Under the pieces are notes generated by a model. That model had not been told where the DNA came from. It ran no database searches and saw only the letters and a list, made by a program, of their open reading frames with translations. The position numbers and the translations under genes are program-made. Shown piece after piece: positions 38,199 to 47,476 of a stretch of DNA of 64,000 nt. The DNA comes from an uncultured Methanomassiliicoccales archaeon (GTDB lineage Archaea; Thermoplasmatota; Thermoplasmata; RBG-16-68-12; EA-27), in contig CAYNEM010000015.1 in NCBI GenBank assembly GCA_964396265.1, positions 1,182 to 65,181 of the forward strand. The letters run 5' to 3'. Numbering within the stretch: position 1 is the stretch's first letter; every line of letters begins with the position of its first letter.

Positions 38199-38479
38199 CG
38201 CTCGTCCCCGTACAGAGTCCGATCGATGTCCTCCTCGCGAGTCTCGACACCCCAGTCGACTGGAAAGTCTGCCAGGGCACGAAGCGTTCGCTTGGACAGC
38301 GGGTATTTCGGAGGACGGATGAGGAGGAGCGACGGTTCCTCTTCAAGGGCACGATCGATCAGCTGCTCGAGGATCGTCTGTTTCGTGGCCCGTTTCCGAT
38401 CCCGGAGCTGGATTCGAGCCTGGAGCGCGTCGAGCTTTCGATTCGCCCGGTCGGAAATCTTTACCGTCGTGGCCGCCAT
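38195..38479 (-). CDS. Cognate antitoxin (RHH-like N-terminus)
   Basis: TTVKISDRANRKLD; acidic C-terminus EDIDRTLYG; ATGA overlap with vapC. Confidence 0.82.
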   Translation of the reverse strand: MAATTVKISDRANRKLDALQARIQLRDRKRATKQTILEQLIDRALEEEPSLLLIRPPKYPLSKRTLRALADFPVDWGVETREEDIDRTLYGDER

Positions 38480-38495
38480 CGGTCACATTATCCTC

Positions 38496-38512
38496 AGTAT
38501 ACCGGATATACT
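38496..38512. promoter_or_regulatory. Palindromic operator overlapping the vapBC TATA box
   Basis: AGTATA-ccgga-TATACT, 17-33 nt upstream of the antitoxin ATG. Confidence 0.6.
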
Positions 38513-38610
38513 TTGCGCGGGGATTCTCTGAGAGGCGCCGTCAAGATCGCAATGAGGCGGCATTTAAAGGGAGAAAGTTCATCTCGACACCCCCCAATCG
38601 CTCCCATCCT

Positions 38611-40215
38611 ATGGCGGCGCCGGAAACGCCCTTCTCCACGATCGCGACCCTTGCCGCCAAGCTCGGCGCGACGACGAAGCGCCTGGAGAAGCGCCGCCTT
38701 ATCGCGGACTACCTCTCCTTCCTTCGGCCCGACGAGATCCCCCCCACAGTCCTCCTCCTCGTGGGCAAGATCTTCCCCGAGAGGGAGCAGAAGGCGCTCA
38801 ACGTCGGCTGGGCCACCCTCCAGAAGGCGCTCGGCGAGACCCGCCAGAGCACGCTCGTCCCCAATCCGCTGACGATCGTTGAGGTCCAGCGCGCGTTCGA
38901 TGCGATCGCCGCCACGACAGGGAAGGAGAGCGTCGCGAAGAAGCGCCGCCTTCTGGAAGGCCTCTTCGGGCGCACCACACCGCCGGAACGCGGGTGGCTG
39001 TTGCGCAGCATGTTCGTCGACATGCGGATCGGCGTGAACGACGGGGTCATGATCGAGGCGCTGGCGGACGCCGCCGACGTCGACGCGGACCTCGTGCGGC
39101 TCGCGCACATGTTCACAGGGGACCTGGGCCGCACCGCCGCGATCGCGGTCCTCGAGGGCGAACGGGGGCTGCGCGCTCTGAGCCTGCGCCTCTTCACGCC
39201 CGTCAAGCCGATGATGGCCGAGATGGCGGGCGACCTGCAGGACGTGCTCGACGCGCACGGAGGCGAGACCGCGCTCGAGTTCAAGTTCGACGGCGCGCGC
39301 ATCCAGATCCACAAGCGGGGCGACGACGTTCGCGTCTTCAGCCGCCGCCTGACCGACGTCACCGCGAGCGTGCCCGAGGTCCTCGAGATCGCCGCACGGT
39401 TCGCCGCCAAAGAATTCCTCGTCGAAGGGGAGGTCGTCGCGCTCGACCACCGAGGAAGGCCGCGCCCCTTCCAGGACCTCATGCGCCGGTTCCGCCGCGT
39501 GCACCAGATCGAAGAACTGCGGCGCGAGATCCCCCTCCGCCTCTACCTATTCGATATCATATCCATGGACGGCGAGGTGCTCATCGGAAGGCCATACCGG
39601 GAGCGCTGGGACCTCCTCGCCTCCCTCGTCCCCGCGGACCAGCTCGCAAGACGGACAATCGCGCGAAGCGTCCCGGAGATCGAGTCCTTCTTTCGGAAGG
39701 CGCTCGACGAAGGCCACGAGGGGCTGATGGCAAAGGCGCTCGACTCGGACTACGCGCCGGGGAAGCGAGGGAAGAAGTGGTTCAAGATCAAGCCCGTCGA
39801 GACGCTCGACTGCGCGATCGTGGCGGCGGAGTGGGGCCACGGGCGAAGGGTCGGGACGCTGAGCAATGTCCACCTCGCGGTCCGCGGCGGGCCGACGGGG
39901 GAGTGGGCGATGATCGGCAAGACGTTCAAGGGCCTCACGGACGTGGAGCGCCTCGCGATGACCGAACGCCTGCAGGAGCTGAAGGTCTCCGAGGATCGGT
40001 GGACGGTGAACGTGCGGCCGGAGATCATCGTCGAGGTCGGGTACAACGAGATCCAACGGTCGCCGCACTACCCCTCCGGCTTCGCGCTCCGGTTTGCGCG
40101 GATCACGCGGATCCGCGAGGACAAGGGGCCGCAGGAGGCCGACTCGTATGACCGACTCCAGGGATTGTACCAAAAACAGTTCGAACGAAAGGGCGCCGCC
40201 GTACAGGAGCCCTGA
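38611..40215 (+). CDS. lig: ATP-dependent DNA ligase with N-terminal DNA-binding domain
   Basis: Motif I EFKFDGAR, VEGE, LFDI, EGLMAK, WFKIK, LRFARI..IREDK. Confidence 0.95.
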   Translation: MAAPETPFSTIATLAAKLGATTKRLEKRRLIADYLSFLRPDEIPPTVLLLVGKIFPEREQKALNVGWATLQKALGETRQSTLVPNPLTIVEVQRAFDAIAATTGKESVAKKRRLLEGLFGRTTPPERGWLLRSMFVDMRIGVNDGVMIEALADAADVDADLVRLAHMFTGDLGRTAAIAVLEGERGLRALSLRLFTPVKPMMAEMAGDLQDVLDAHGGETALEFKFDGARIQIHKRGDDVRVFSRRLTDVTASVPEVLEIAARFAAKEFLVEGEVVALDHRGRPRPFQDLMRRFRRVHQIEELRREIPLRLYLFDIISMDGEVLIGRPYRERWDLLASLVPADQLARRTIARSVPEIESFFRKALDEGHEGLMAKALDSDYAPGKRGKKWFKIKPVETLDCAIVAAEWGHGRRVGTLSNVHLAVRGGPTGEWAMIGKTFKGLTDVERLAMTERLQELKVSEDRWTVNVRPEIIVEVGYNEIQRSPHYPSGFALRFARITRIREDKGPQEADSYDRLQGLYQKQFERKGAAVQEP

Positions 40216-40275
40216 CGTTCATAGAATTTGTAAACGAGAAGATAGATATATTCAGGTGCCGATCCTGACTCCGAG

Positions 40276-40953
40276 ATGAACCCGACCCCGGCCGCTGATT
40301 CCTCGGGCGCCCTCCCGAGCTTTGCTTCGACGAAGCGAGAGATCCTCCTCACCCTCAAGCGCGACGGCGAGGTGGACCTCGAGACCCTCGCCCGCGGCTT
40401 GCGTCTGTCGAAAATGGCGGTGTACCGCCACGTCAAGAACCTCGAGGAGGCGGGGCTGATCGAGAGGTCCGCGAAGCGCAACGGCGTGGGCCGCCCGCGT
40501 CTGGCACTGAAGCTCGCGCCCGGCGCGTCGTCGATCTTTCCGAAGGCGTACGCCTCGATCACGTGCGCAGTCCTCGAGTTCATCGAGAAGAAGATGGGAC
40601 GCGAGGCGGTGGAGGCCGCGCTGCGATCCCGCCAGGCGGGCGTCCTTCCTGAATACGAGCGCAAGGTCCGGAGCGACGACCTCGGCGAGCGGGTGCACGA
40701 GCTAGCGGTCATCCGCGACCAGGAGGGCTACATGGCGGAGGTCCGGGGGGGCGCGAAGGGCCGGTACGAGTTGTTCGAGTACAACTGTCCCATCGTGGCG
40801 GTCGCCGAGAAGTACGGGGAGGCGTGCGAGGTGGAGAACGAGCTGTTCCGGCGGGTCCTGAAAGCGGACGTGGACACGACGCACCGCGTCGTTGCTGGCG
40901 ACCATGTGTGCCGGTTCCTGATCAAACCAAGGACAAAAGGGGTGTCCATGTGA
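40276..40953 (+). CDS. SufR-like HTH regulator with C-terminal Cys motif
   Basis: AVYRHVKNLEEAGLI, GVGRP, YNCP..ACEVE..HVCRF. Confidence 0.82.
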   Translation: MNPTPAADSSGALPSFASTKREILLTLKRDGEVDLETLARGLRLSKMAVYRHVKNLEEAGLIERSAKRNGVGRPRLALKLAPGASSIFPKAYASITCAVLEFIEKKMGREAVEAALRSRQAGVLPEYERKVRSDDLGERVHELAVIRDQEGYMAEVRGGAKGRYELFEYNCPIVAVAEKYGEACEVENELFRRVLKADVDTTHRVVAGDHVCRFLIKPRTKGVSM

Positions 40954-41966
40954 AGGCACCCGAAGGGTTCACAACGGATTGGCGACGGATGGTCCGCGGG
41001 AGCTACATCGCCGTGGATTGCGACCCAGCGACGGCCTCTCTCACGCTGTCCCATCATCTCGATGGCAACGGGACGCCGCAGCCGTTCCGACACGACCTCG
41101 CATCCGGCGCCGCTCTGAACTGGGCGGCGAGCGAACTCCGCGATGAGTACGGCCGGGGCGCGAAGCACGTGTACAACAACCACTTTGACGTCGACGGTTT
41201 CCTGGCGGCGTGGGTCGCGCTGCATCCGGACGAGGCGGTCCATCACCGCGAGGCCATCCTGGCGGCGGCCGCGAGCGGCGACTTCGCCGAGTGGACGAAC
41301 GACCGCGCGGTGCAGTTCGCGATCCTCGGGGAGTGGATCGACGACCCGAAGTATTCCGCGGTCGCGCGTCGCGCGCTCGACCTGAAGGAACGGTCCTCGG
41401 ACGAGGCGATGTACGACGCCGTGTTGGCGGAGCTCCCGGGCCTGCTGTACCATCCGGAGAAGATGGAGGAGCTGTGGCGCCCGCTCTACGAGGACATCCT
41501 CCGCCAAGTCCATCTCTTCGAGACCGGGGAGGCGCGCGTCCATGAGCGCCTGGAGGCGCACCTGTCCGTCGTCGAATCGTCGCGGGCGTTGCGTCCGCGG
41601 GCCGTGATCGCGAAGACCAAGGGCGACCGCATGCTCCAAATCGTCTCCGCGGGCGGCGGCCACCTGTACTTCTTCCGGTTCCGGCCGTACCTCGGCTACA
41701 GGATCGTTTCGCACGCCGTCACCGCGACGGCGAGCGCCACCTCGCTCGCGCGATGCCTGAACCGAGCGTGGCCGACCGAAGGCGAGCGGTGGGTGACCCG
41801 CGGCTGGTGGGACCAAGAGGTCTTGCTCACCGCCAGGAACGGGAAAAAGATGGTGCCCCGGACGCCGCCGGAGGTCGCGATCCCGATCTTCGAGGACGTC
41901 CTGCGCCGCCTTGATGGCAGCGCGAGCCCCGAGGGCGCCCAACCCTCCATGGCGGCCCGATCCTGA
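40950..41966 (+). CDS. DUF6687-like (DHH-related) protein
   Basis: LSHH..TP...HDLAS, NNHFDVDG, AASGDF; GTG start overlaps the regulator stop. Confidence 0.65.
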   Translation: MKAPEGFTTDWRRMVRGSYIAVDCDPATASLTLSHHLDGNGTPQPFRHDLASGAALNWAASELRDEYGRGAKHVYNNHFDVDGFLAAWVALHPDEAVHHREAILAAAASGDFAEWTNDRAVQFAILGEWIDDPKYSAVARRALDLKERSSDEAMYDAVLAELPGLLYHPEKMEELWRPLYEDILRQVHLFETGEARVHERLEAHLSVVESSRALRPRAVIAKTKGDRMLQIVSAGGGHLYFFRFRPYLGYRIVSHAVTATASATSLARCLNRAWPTEGERWVTRGWWDQEVLLTARNGKKMVPRTPPEVAIPIFEDVLRRLDGSASPEGAQPSMAARS

Positions 41967-42010
41967 CCGGGCCCGAGCCCTTTAAGCCGCCACAATCTGT
42001 TCGCCCCGCC

Positions 42011-42535
42011 ATGAGGAGGTTGGGGGTTTTCCTAGCAGTCTTGGCGGTGGTGCTGGTCCTTGCGCCGACGCAGACATCGGCGCATGTCAAGCCGAACGAA
42101 CACATCCTGCTCGCGGACTCCTCGGGCGCGGTCGGCGGGTTCGCGAACGTGCAGATGAACGCGAACCACGCGTTCCGGCTCGTGATCGCGCTCAAGCACG
42201 TGGAACCGTCGACGACGTACACGGTGTGGCTCGTGAACTGCGCATTCCCCACGGGCGTCCATCCGTGCCCCTCGGGCCCGCTTACATTCACGCACCCCTT
42301 TGGCGCGCGTTCGGCGCCCAGCTGCCCCTTCAGCCTCGGCGCGGGCCCCCTCACCACGATCCGCACGAACCCTGCGGGGAACGGGAACTCCGGCGCAATC
42401 CGGGTGAACGTCCAGAGCATCCCTGCGGGGACGTACTTCAATCACATCGACGTCGCTCCCACGCCCTGCCACCCTGCGGGGGCACAGCCGCCAGGGGTGT
42501 TCACCACCGCCACGGGATTCAGCTTCACGGTCTGA
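42011..42535 (+). CDS. Secreted hypothetical protein
   Basis: Signal peptide; four Cys and several His; own TATA (tttaag) about 25 nt upstream. Confidence 0.7.
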   Translation: MRRLGVFLAVLAVVLVLAPTQTSAHVKPNEHILLADSSGAVGGFANVQMNANHAFRLVIALKHVEPSTTYTVWLVNCAFPTGVHPCPSGPLTFTHPFGARSAPSCPFSLGAGPLTTIRTNPAGNGNSGAIRVNVQSIPAGTYFNHIDVAPTPCHPAGAQPPGVFTTATGFSFTV

Positions 42536-42608
42536 TTCCCTTGGCTGGCGGTAGTTCCGGACCCCCGACACTCCCTTTTATATCCCGCCCACGCATGGCT
42601 TTTCTCCG

Positions 42609-43382
42609 ATGGCGCGCGCGGTCTGGTCCGGGGCGATCACGTTCGGCCTCGTGAACATCCCCATCAAGGTATACGGCGCGACCGAGGAGAAGGACCTGCG
42701 GTTCACCACGCTCCACGCGACGTGCAAGACGCCCCTCAAACGCCCGTACATGTGCCCCGTCTGCAACACGCCCGTGGAATCGAAGGACATGGTGAAGGGG
42801 TACGAGTACGGGAAGGGCAACTACGTCCTCCTCAACGAAGAGGAGATGGACGCGGTGGAGGTGGAGACGAGTAAAGCAGTCTCCGTCCTAGGGTTCGTCG
42901 ACGTCGACGAGATCGGCCCGCTGTTCTACGAGAAGTCCTACTACCTGGGGCCCGAAGAGACGAGCGTGAAGCCGTTCGAACTCCTCCGCCAGGCGCTCGT
43001 GCGGACGGACAAGGTCGCACTCGCGCAGGCCACCCTGTGGAAGAAGGAGCACCTCGTCGCGCTCCGCCCGATCGGGACCGGCCTCGTGCTCACGGTCCTG
43101 TTCTACGTGAATGAGGTCAAGGGGCCGCCGGAAATTCCGATGACGCGCCCGATCGTGATTGCGGACGAGGAGCTCGAGCTCGCCACGAAGCTGATCTCCG
43201 AGCTCACGAGGGAGTTCGACCCGGCGAAGTACAACGACCGGTATCGAGAGGCACTTTTGAATGTGATCGAAGCAAAAGTGACCGGGAAAGAGGTCGAGGC
43301 CCCGCCAAGGGTAGTGGTAGCCCCGACGCAGGACCTCATGGCGGCGCTCCGAGCCAGCCTCGAAGCGGTCAAGAAGGCGTAG
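42609..43382 (+). CDS. ku: Prokaryotic Ku (NHEJ end-binding protein)
   Basis: MARAVWSGAITFGLVNIPIK, MVKGYEY, SYYLGP, Y.DRYREAL, DLMAALRASL. Confidence 0.96.
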   Translation: MARAVWSGAITFGLVNIPIKVYGATEEKDLRFTTLHATCKTPLKRPYMCPVCNTPVESKDMVKGYEYGKGNYVLLNEEEMDAVEVETSKAVSVLGFVDVDEIGPLFYEKSYYLGPEETSVKPFELLRQALVRTDKVALAQATLWKKEHLVALRPIGTGLVLTVLFYVNEVKGPPEIPMTRPIVIADEELELATKLISELTREFDPAKYNDRYREALLNVIEAKVTGKEVEAPPRVVVAPTQDLMAALRASLEAVKKA

Positions 43383-43437
43383 TCGCCGCTGTGCCAAGGT
43401 AGGGTGATCGAGAGAGCCTCTGCTTCCGAACGCGCCC

Positions 43438-43749
43438 TCAGCGGTTAGCGGCCCTCGCAGCGCTGTCCAAGAGCACTTTCTTGGCCTTGTCCCACGGAAC
43501 GATCTCGCGGATGTCCTGGCTGTAGTACGGGAAGAAGGGCAGGATCATGCCCAAGACCTTTTCCTTGGAATCCGCCTCGAAGATCGCATAGCCTTCTTCC
43601 GAGGTGAACCAGCCGACCTCCTTCAATGCACCTGCCTTCAAAAGCTGGTCTCCGCCTGCGATCGCTCCCTCCAGCACGTTGACGAACTGCTTCCGGTCTA
43701 CCGGCCACACCGATGGGTTGGCGCGGTAGTTAACCATGTATCTGGTCAT
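43438..43749 (-). CDS. Small hypothetical protein (DUF3303-like dimeric alpha/beta barrel)
   Basis: GYAIFEADS motif; own TATA (cttaag) upstream. Confidence 0.65.
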   Translation of the reverse strand: MTRYMVNYRANPSVWPVDRKQFVNVLEGAIAGGDQLLKAGALKEVGWFTSEEGYAIFEADSKEKVLGMILPFFPYYSQDIREIVPWDKAKKVLLDSAARAANR

Positions 43750-43900
43750 GATGACCCCCGGCGCGGGAGCCAGCCCAGGTGCTTAAGACTTCCGTCGGGA
43801 TCGATCGCGCCCGCGGCTTTTTAGGCGGGGGCTGCTTCTCCAGCCTTGGAGCGCGCCCGCCTAGGTTGCGCAGGGCCAGCACCTCGTCGGCGTTCGTGCG

Positions 43901-44863
43901 ATGCCGGAGCTGTGGGGACTCTCGATTCACCCGATGCTGACCGTGAAGGAGGAGAAGCCCTTCACCTCGCCCGACTGGATATTCGAGGTCAAGTGGGACG
44001 GCACCCGAGCCCTCTGCCATTACGACGGCGGGAAGTTCCGCCTGCAGAACCGCCGGCTGTACGACACAACGTACCGCTACCCGGATGTGCGGGTTGTCGT
44101 CAAGGCGAAGCGCGCGATCCTCGATGGCGAGGTCGTCATCATGTGGGAGGGTCGCCCTAGCTTCGAGAAGCTGCAGCTCCGAGAGCACCTCGTGGACGCG
44201 GACGCAATCGCCCGCATCGCCCGCCAGCTTCCCGCCACGTACGTCGCGTTCGACATCCTGTACGTTGACGGACAGGACCTCACCGCTAAGCCCCTGATGG
44301 AGCGGAAGAGGATCCTCGCGGAGGTGTTCGAGCCCACGGAGAGTGCCGTCGTCACGGACTATGTTGAGGCTGACGGCGAGGCGTTCTACCGGGTGTGCCA
44401 CGAGGGTGGCCTCGAAGGCATCATCGCGAAGCGGAAGGACTCGCGATATCTCGTAGGGAAGCGAGCGAGCGTCTGGAAGAAGATCAAGGCCCTCAAGACG
44501 ATCGACTGTGTGATCTGCGGGGTTACCGTGGGCGAGGGAAACCGCCAGGATGTGTTCGGGGCGCTCATCCTCGGCGTGTACGACGATGGCGGCGAACTGC
44601 ACTGCGTGGGCCGTGTGGGCACGGGCTTCGATCGCGGGATGGTCGAACTGTTGCACCGCCGCCTGTCGGAGATTCGGGGAGAGATGCCCTTCACGGAAGA
44701 ACCGCCGTTGGCGGGAGAAGTCAAGTTCTGGTGTCGCCCGGAGCTCGTCGCCGAGGTCGAGTACCTCATGCTCACACCGGACGTCGCGCTCCGCGCCCCC
44801 TCGTTCCAGAGGCTCAAGGAGGACACGGAACCAGGAGAGTGCCGCCTGCCACCGCGCAAGTGA
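43901..44863 (+). CDS. ligD: Stand-alone LigD/LigC-type ATP-dependent ligase domain
   Basis: WIFEVKWDGTR, LDGEV, AFDIL, EGIIAKRKDSRY, WKKIK, VGTGF, LRAPSF. No polymerase or phosphoesterase domain. Confidence 0.9.
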   Translation: MPELWGLSIHPMLTVKEEKPFTSPDWIFEVKWDGTRALCHYDGGKFRLQNRRLYDTTYRYPDVRVVVKAKRAILDGEVVIMWEGRPSFEKLQLREHLVDADAIARIARQLPATYVAFDILYVDGQDLTAKPLMERKRILAEVFEPTESAVVTDYVEADGEAFYRVCHEGGLEGIIAKRKDSRYLVGKRASVWKKIKALKTIDCVICGVTVGEGNRQDVFGALILGVYDDGGELHCVGRVGTGFDRGMVELLHRRLSEIRGEMPFTEEPPLAGEVKFWCRPELVAEVEYLMLTPDVALRAPSFQRLKEDTEPGECRLPPRK

Positions 44864-44979
44864 TCGCACGTACTCTGCCTGCGGAACGGACATACACCTC
44901 GGAAACACGATGTCCTGCGGCGAGTTCATGGACGACTAGGACTCGAAGCTCCACCAGATGATCCAGGGGCCCGCCCCTT

Positions 44980-45912
44980 CTACGCACCTTCCTGGCCGGG
45001 CACGCGCCGGAACGCCTCACGCGCGGCCAAGTAGATGCCAGCCAAGGCCAACGCGGAACCCAGGAGGACGAGTCCGGTCGCGGGGCACGCAGCGGACGCG
45101 CCACGGCACCCCGGTACCTCCCCGAGGAGGAGGAAGGCGAGGAGCGTCGCCCCGACGGGCTCCCCGAGAAGCGTCGCGGACACGACCGTCGCGTTCACGT
45201 GCTTCAACGCGAAGTTATACAGGGTGTGCCCGCCAATCTGCGAGACGACCGCCATGAGCAGGAAGATCCCCATGAGGGGCGCAAAGTTGCCCATGACGAT
45301 CACCGGCGTGGCCGTGAGGAGGGCGAAGGGAAGCAGGAAGAGGACGCAGAACGCGTACACGGTCGTCGCATACGGCACGAGATCCATCCGCTGCCGCAAT
45401 CGCCGACCCGCAAGGAGATACACGCCTGCCGCAATTCCCCCCAGGAAGGCGAGCACGCTTCCCAGGAGGGTGTTCGTCCCCTGTCCGAACTGCGCGACGG
45501 CGATCATCCCCACGCCGCCGAAGCCGAGTCCAATCCCGACCGCCATGCCGCGCGTCACGCGCTCCCGGAACAGGAAGTGCGACAGGATCGCGACGAGGAG
45601 GGGATGGGACGTGACGAGGACGACGGACGTCGCCACATCCACGAGCTGGAGGGAGAGGATCCACGTGGCGAAGTGGGCGGCGAGGGCGAAGCCGACGACC
45701 GCCAACAGGCCGTAGTCCCGCGCGGTGAGGGTCTTCATCTGCCGTCCCTTGGCGGTGAGCAAGAGGGGCGCGAGAAGCAGGGTCGCGAAGCCGAGGCGGT
45801 ACACGGCGATCACGAGGGCAGAGGCGCCGAGGTCGAAGCTCCACCGGATGAACACGGACGCGAACGAGACGCAGACGACCGCGACGAGGATCGCCGCCGG
45901 AGCGCGCTTCAC
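44980..45912 (-). CDS. DMT/EamA-family transporter
   Basis: Ten TM pattern; HFATW, GGHTLYN, LGEPVGA. Confidence 0.9.
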   Translation of the reverse strand: MKRAPAAILVAVVCVSFASVFIRWSFDLGASALVIAVYRLGFATLLLAPLLLTAKGRQMKTLTARDYGLLAVVGFALAAHFATWILSLQLVDVATSVVLVTSHPLLVAILSHFLFRERVTRGMAVGIGLGFGGVGMIAVAQFGQGTNTLLGSVLAFLGGIAAGVYLLAGRRLRQRMDLVPYATTVYAFCVLFLLPFALLTATPVIVMGNFAPLMGIFLLMAVVSQIGGHTLYNFALKHVNATVVSATLLGEPVGATLLAFLLLGEVPGCRGASAACPATGLVLLGSALALAGIYLAAREAFRRVPGQEGA

Positions 45913-46030
45913 GGCGGGGGAGGAACCTCATGGTATGTAGAATGTGCCACGGACCCTGGGGAGCGTTTCCTCAAACCCCAAATACCCGTGTCGGCCATCC
46001 CCGAACCCCCTCTCACGGAAAGGTGGAACC

Positions 46031-46903
46031 ATGCGGGTGGAAGACATCCAGAAGGTGTGCGTGCTGGGCGCGGGCGCGATGGGCGCGGGCATCGCCCAGG
46101 TCTGCTCCCAGGCCGGCTACGCGGTCACCATGCGCGACATCGAGCAGAAGTTCGTCGATTCCGGCTTCAAGCGGATTCGAATACCGCTGATGAAACGCGT
46201 CGAGAAGGGCAAGATGACCGCGGACGAGGTCGAGGCGATCGTCTCGCGCATCCAAGGCACGACGGACCTTTCGGCGGCGGTGAAGGACGCGCAGCTCGTG
46301 ATCGAGGCCGTCCCGGAGAAGATGGAGATCAAGAAGTCCGTCTGGTCCGACGCAGAGCGCCACTGCGGGCCCACGGTCGTGTTCGCGTCGAACACGTCCT
46401 CGCTCAGCATCACGGAGATGGCGACCGCGACCAAGCGCGCGGACCGCTTCGTGGGCCTGCACTTCTTCAACCCCGCCCCCGTCATGAAGCTCGTCGAGGT
46501 CATCCGGGGCAGCGAGACCTCGAAGGAGACGATGCAGTTCGCGAAGGCGTTCTGCGCGAAGATCGGGAAGGAGGCCGTCGAGGTCAAGGAGGCCCCCGGG
46601 TTCGTCGTGAACCGACTCCTCGTGCCGATGATGAACGAGGCGTTCAACCTGCTGCTGGAAGGTGTCGCGAGCCCCGAGGACATCGACAAGGCGATGAAGC
46701 TCGGGACGAACATGCCCATGGGGCCGTTCGAGCTTGCAGACTTCACGGGGCTGGACATCGGCCTCGACACGATGGAGACCCTGCACCGCGAGACCGGCGA
46801 CCCGAAATTCCGACCGTCGCCCCTTCTCCGTCAGTACGTCCGCGCAGGACGTCTCGGCCGCAAGACCGGCCGAGGGGTGTACGATTATTCTCAGACGCCT
46901 TGA
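46031..46903 (+). CDS. hbd: 3-hydroxyacyl(butyryl)-CoA dehydrogenase
   Basis: GAGAMGAGIA, IEAVPE, ASNTSSL, GLHFFNP, PGFVVNR, PMGPF. Start at ATG 46031. Confidence 0.92.
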   Translation: MRVEDIQKVCVLGAGAMGAGIAQVCSQAGYAVTMRDIEQKFVDSGFKRIRIPLMKRVEKGKMTADEVEAIVSRIQGTTDLSAAVKDAQLVIEAVPEKMEIKKSVWSDAERHCGPTVVFASNTSSLSITEMATATKRADRFVGLHFFNPAPVMKLVEVIRGSETSKETMQFAKAFCAKIGKEAVEVKEAPGFVVNRLLVPMMNEAFNLLLEGVASPEDIDKAMKLGTNMPMGPFELADFTGLDIGLDTMETLHRETGDPKFRPSPLLRQYVRAGRLGRKTGRGVYDYSQTP

Positions 46904-46904
46904 A

Positions 46905-47081
46905 TCACACGCCGAGCTCGGGGATTTCGAACTCCTCTTGCAGATCGATGATCACCTGGTCGAGGACCTCCCCGAACGTGGACCCGCGGTACTCCCGGAC
47001 GCCCCCGAGATCGCTCTGGACCTTCGCGACGTACCCCTTCCCGTTGCGGATGACCTCGACGGCCGCGAGTTCCTCTTCCAC
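46905..47081 (-). CDS. Small acidic hypothetical protein
   Basis: VEEELAAVEVIRNGKGYVAKVQSDLGGVREY; high GC3; TATA (ttatata) upstream on the minus strand. Confidence 0.65.
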   Translation of the reverse strand: MEEELAAVEVIRNGKGYVAKVQSDLGGVREYRGSTFGEVLDQVIIDLQEEFEIPELGV

Positions 47082-47229
47082 GTGGTCCCTGCCTAATTCG
47101 AAGGCGAATCTGGGTTCCCTATATAATCGTTGCCCGCAGAGTCTCGGCGGGCGGTGGTTATCGTCCCCCCGCAAGAACCTTTATTAGCGAGGCCCTGTCT
47201 CGATGCTCACCGCGGAACCAGGTGCAACC

Positions 47230-47421
47230 TTGGGGAACATACGACCGACGTACATCAAGCGCGTGGCCTTCGAGCTCCTCCGTCTCCATCCCGACGAGTT
47301 CACAGAGGACTTCGACCACAACAAGGTGAAAGTCGCAGAGCTGACGGACGTATCGACGACGATGATGCGCAACCGGATCGCCGGCTACGTGACGCGGCGA
47401 AAGCAGCTGGCCGTCCCGTGA
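47230..47421 (+). CDS. rps17e: 30S ribosomal protein S17e
   Basis: (M)[35 protein letters not shown] start with SD ggtg. Confidence 0.95.
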   Translation: MGNIRPTYIKRVAFELLRLHPDEFTEDFDHNKVKVAELTDVSTTMMRNRIAGYVTRRKQLAVP

Positions 47422-47476
47422 CCTGCCCACTCCTTTTGCGTGCCGCTCCGCGCCTGTTGGATTCGAAGGGAGCATC

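Noticed and set aside
42011..42535. Possible Cu/Zn-SOD-like fold for the secreted protein
   Set aside because: The canonical HxH and downstream His/Asp ligand spacing is not evident; left as hypothetical.
44860..44939. Short frame after ligD (RTYSACGTDIHLGNTMSCGEF) resembling a degenerate zinc ribbon
   Set aside because: No start codon of its own and only two Cys; too weak to call.
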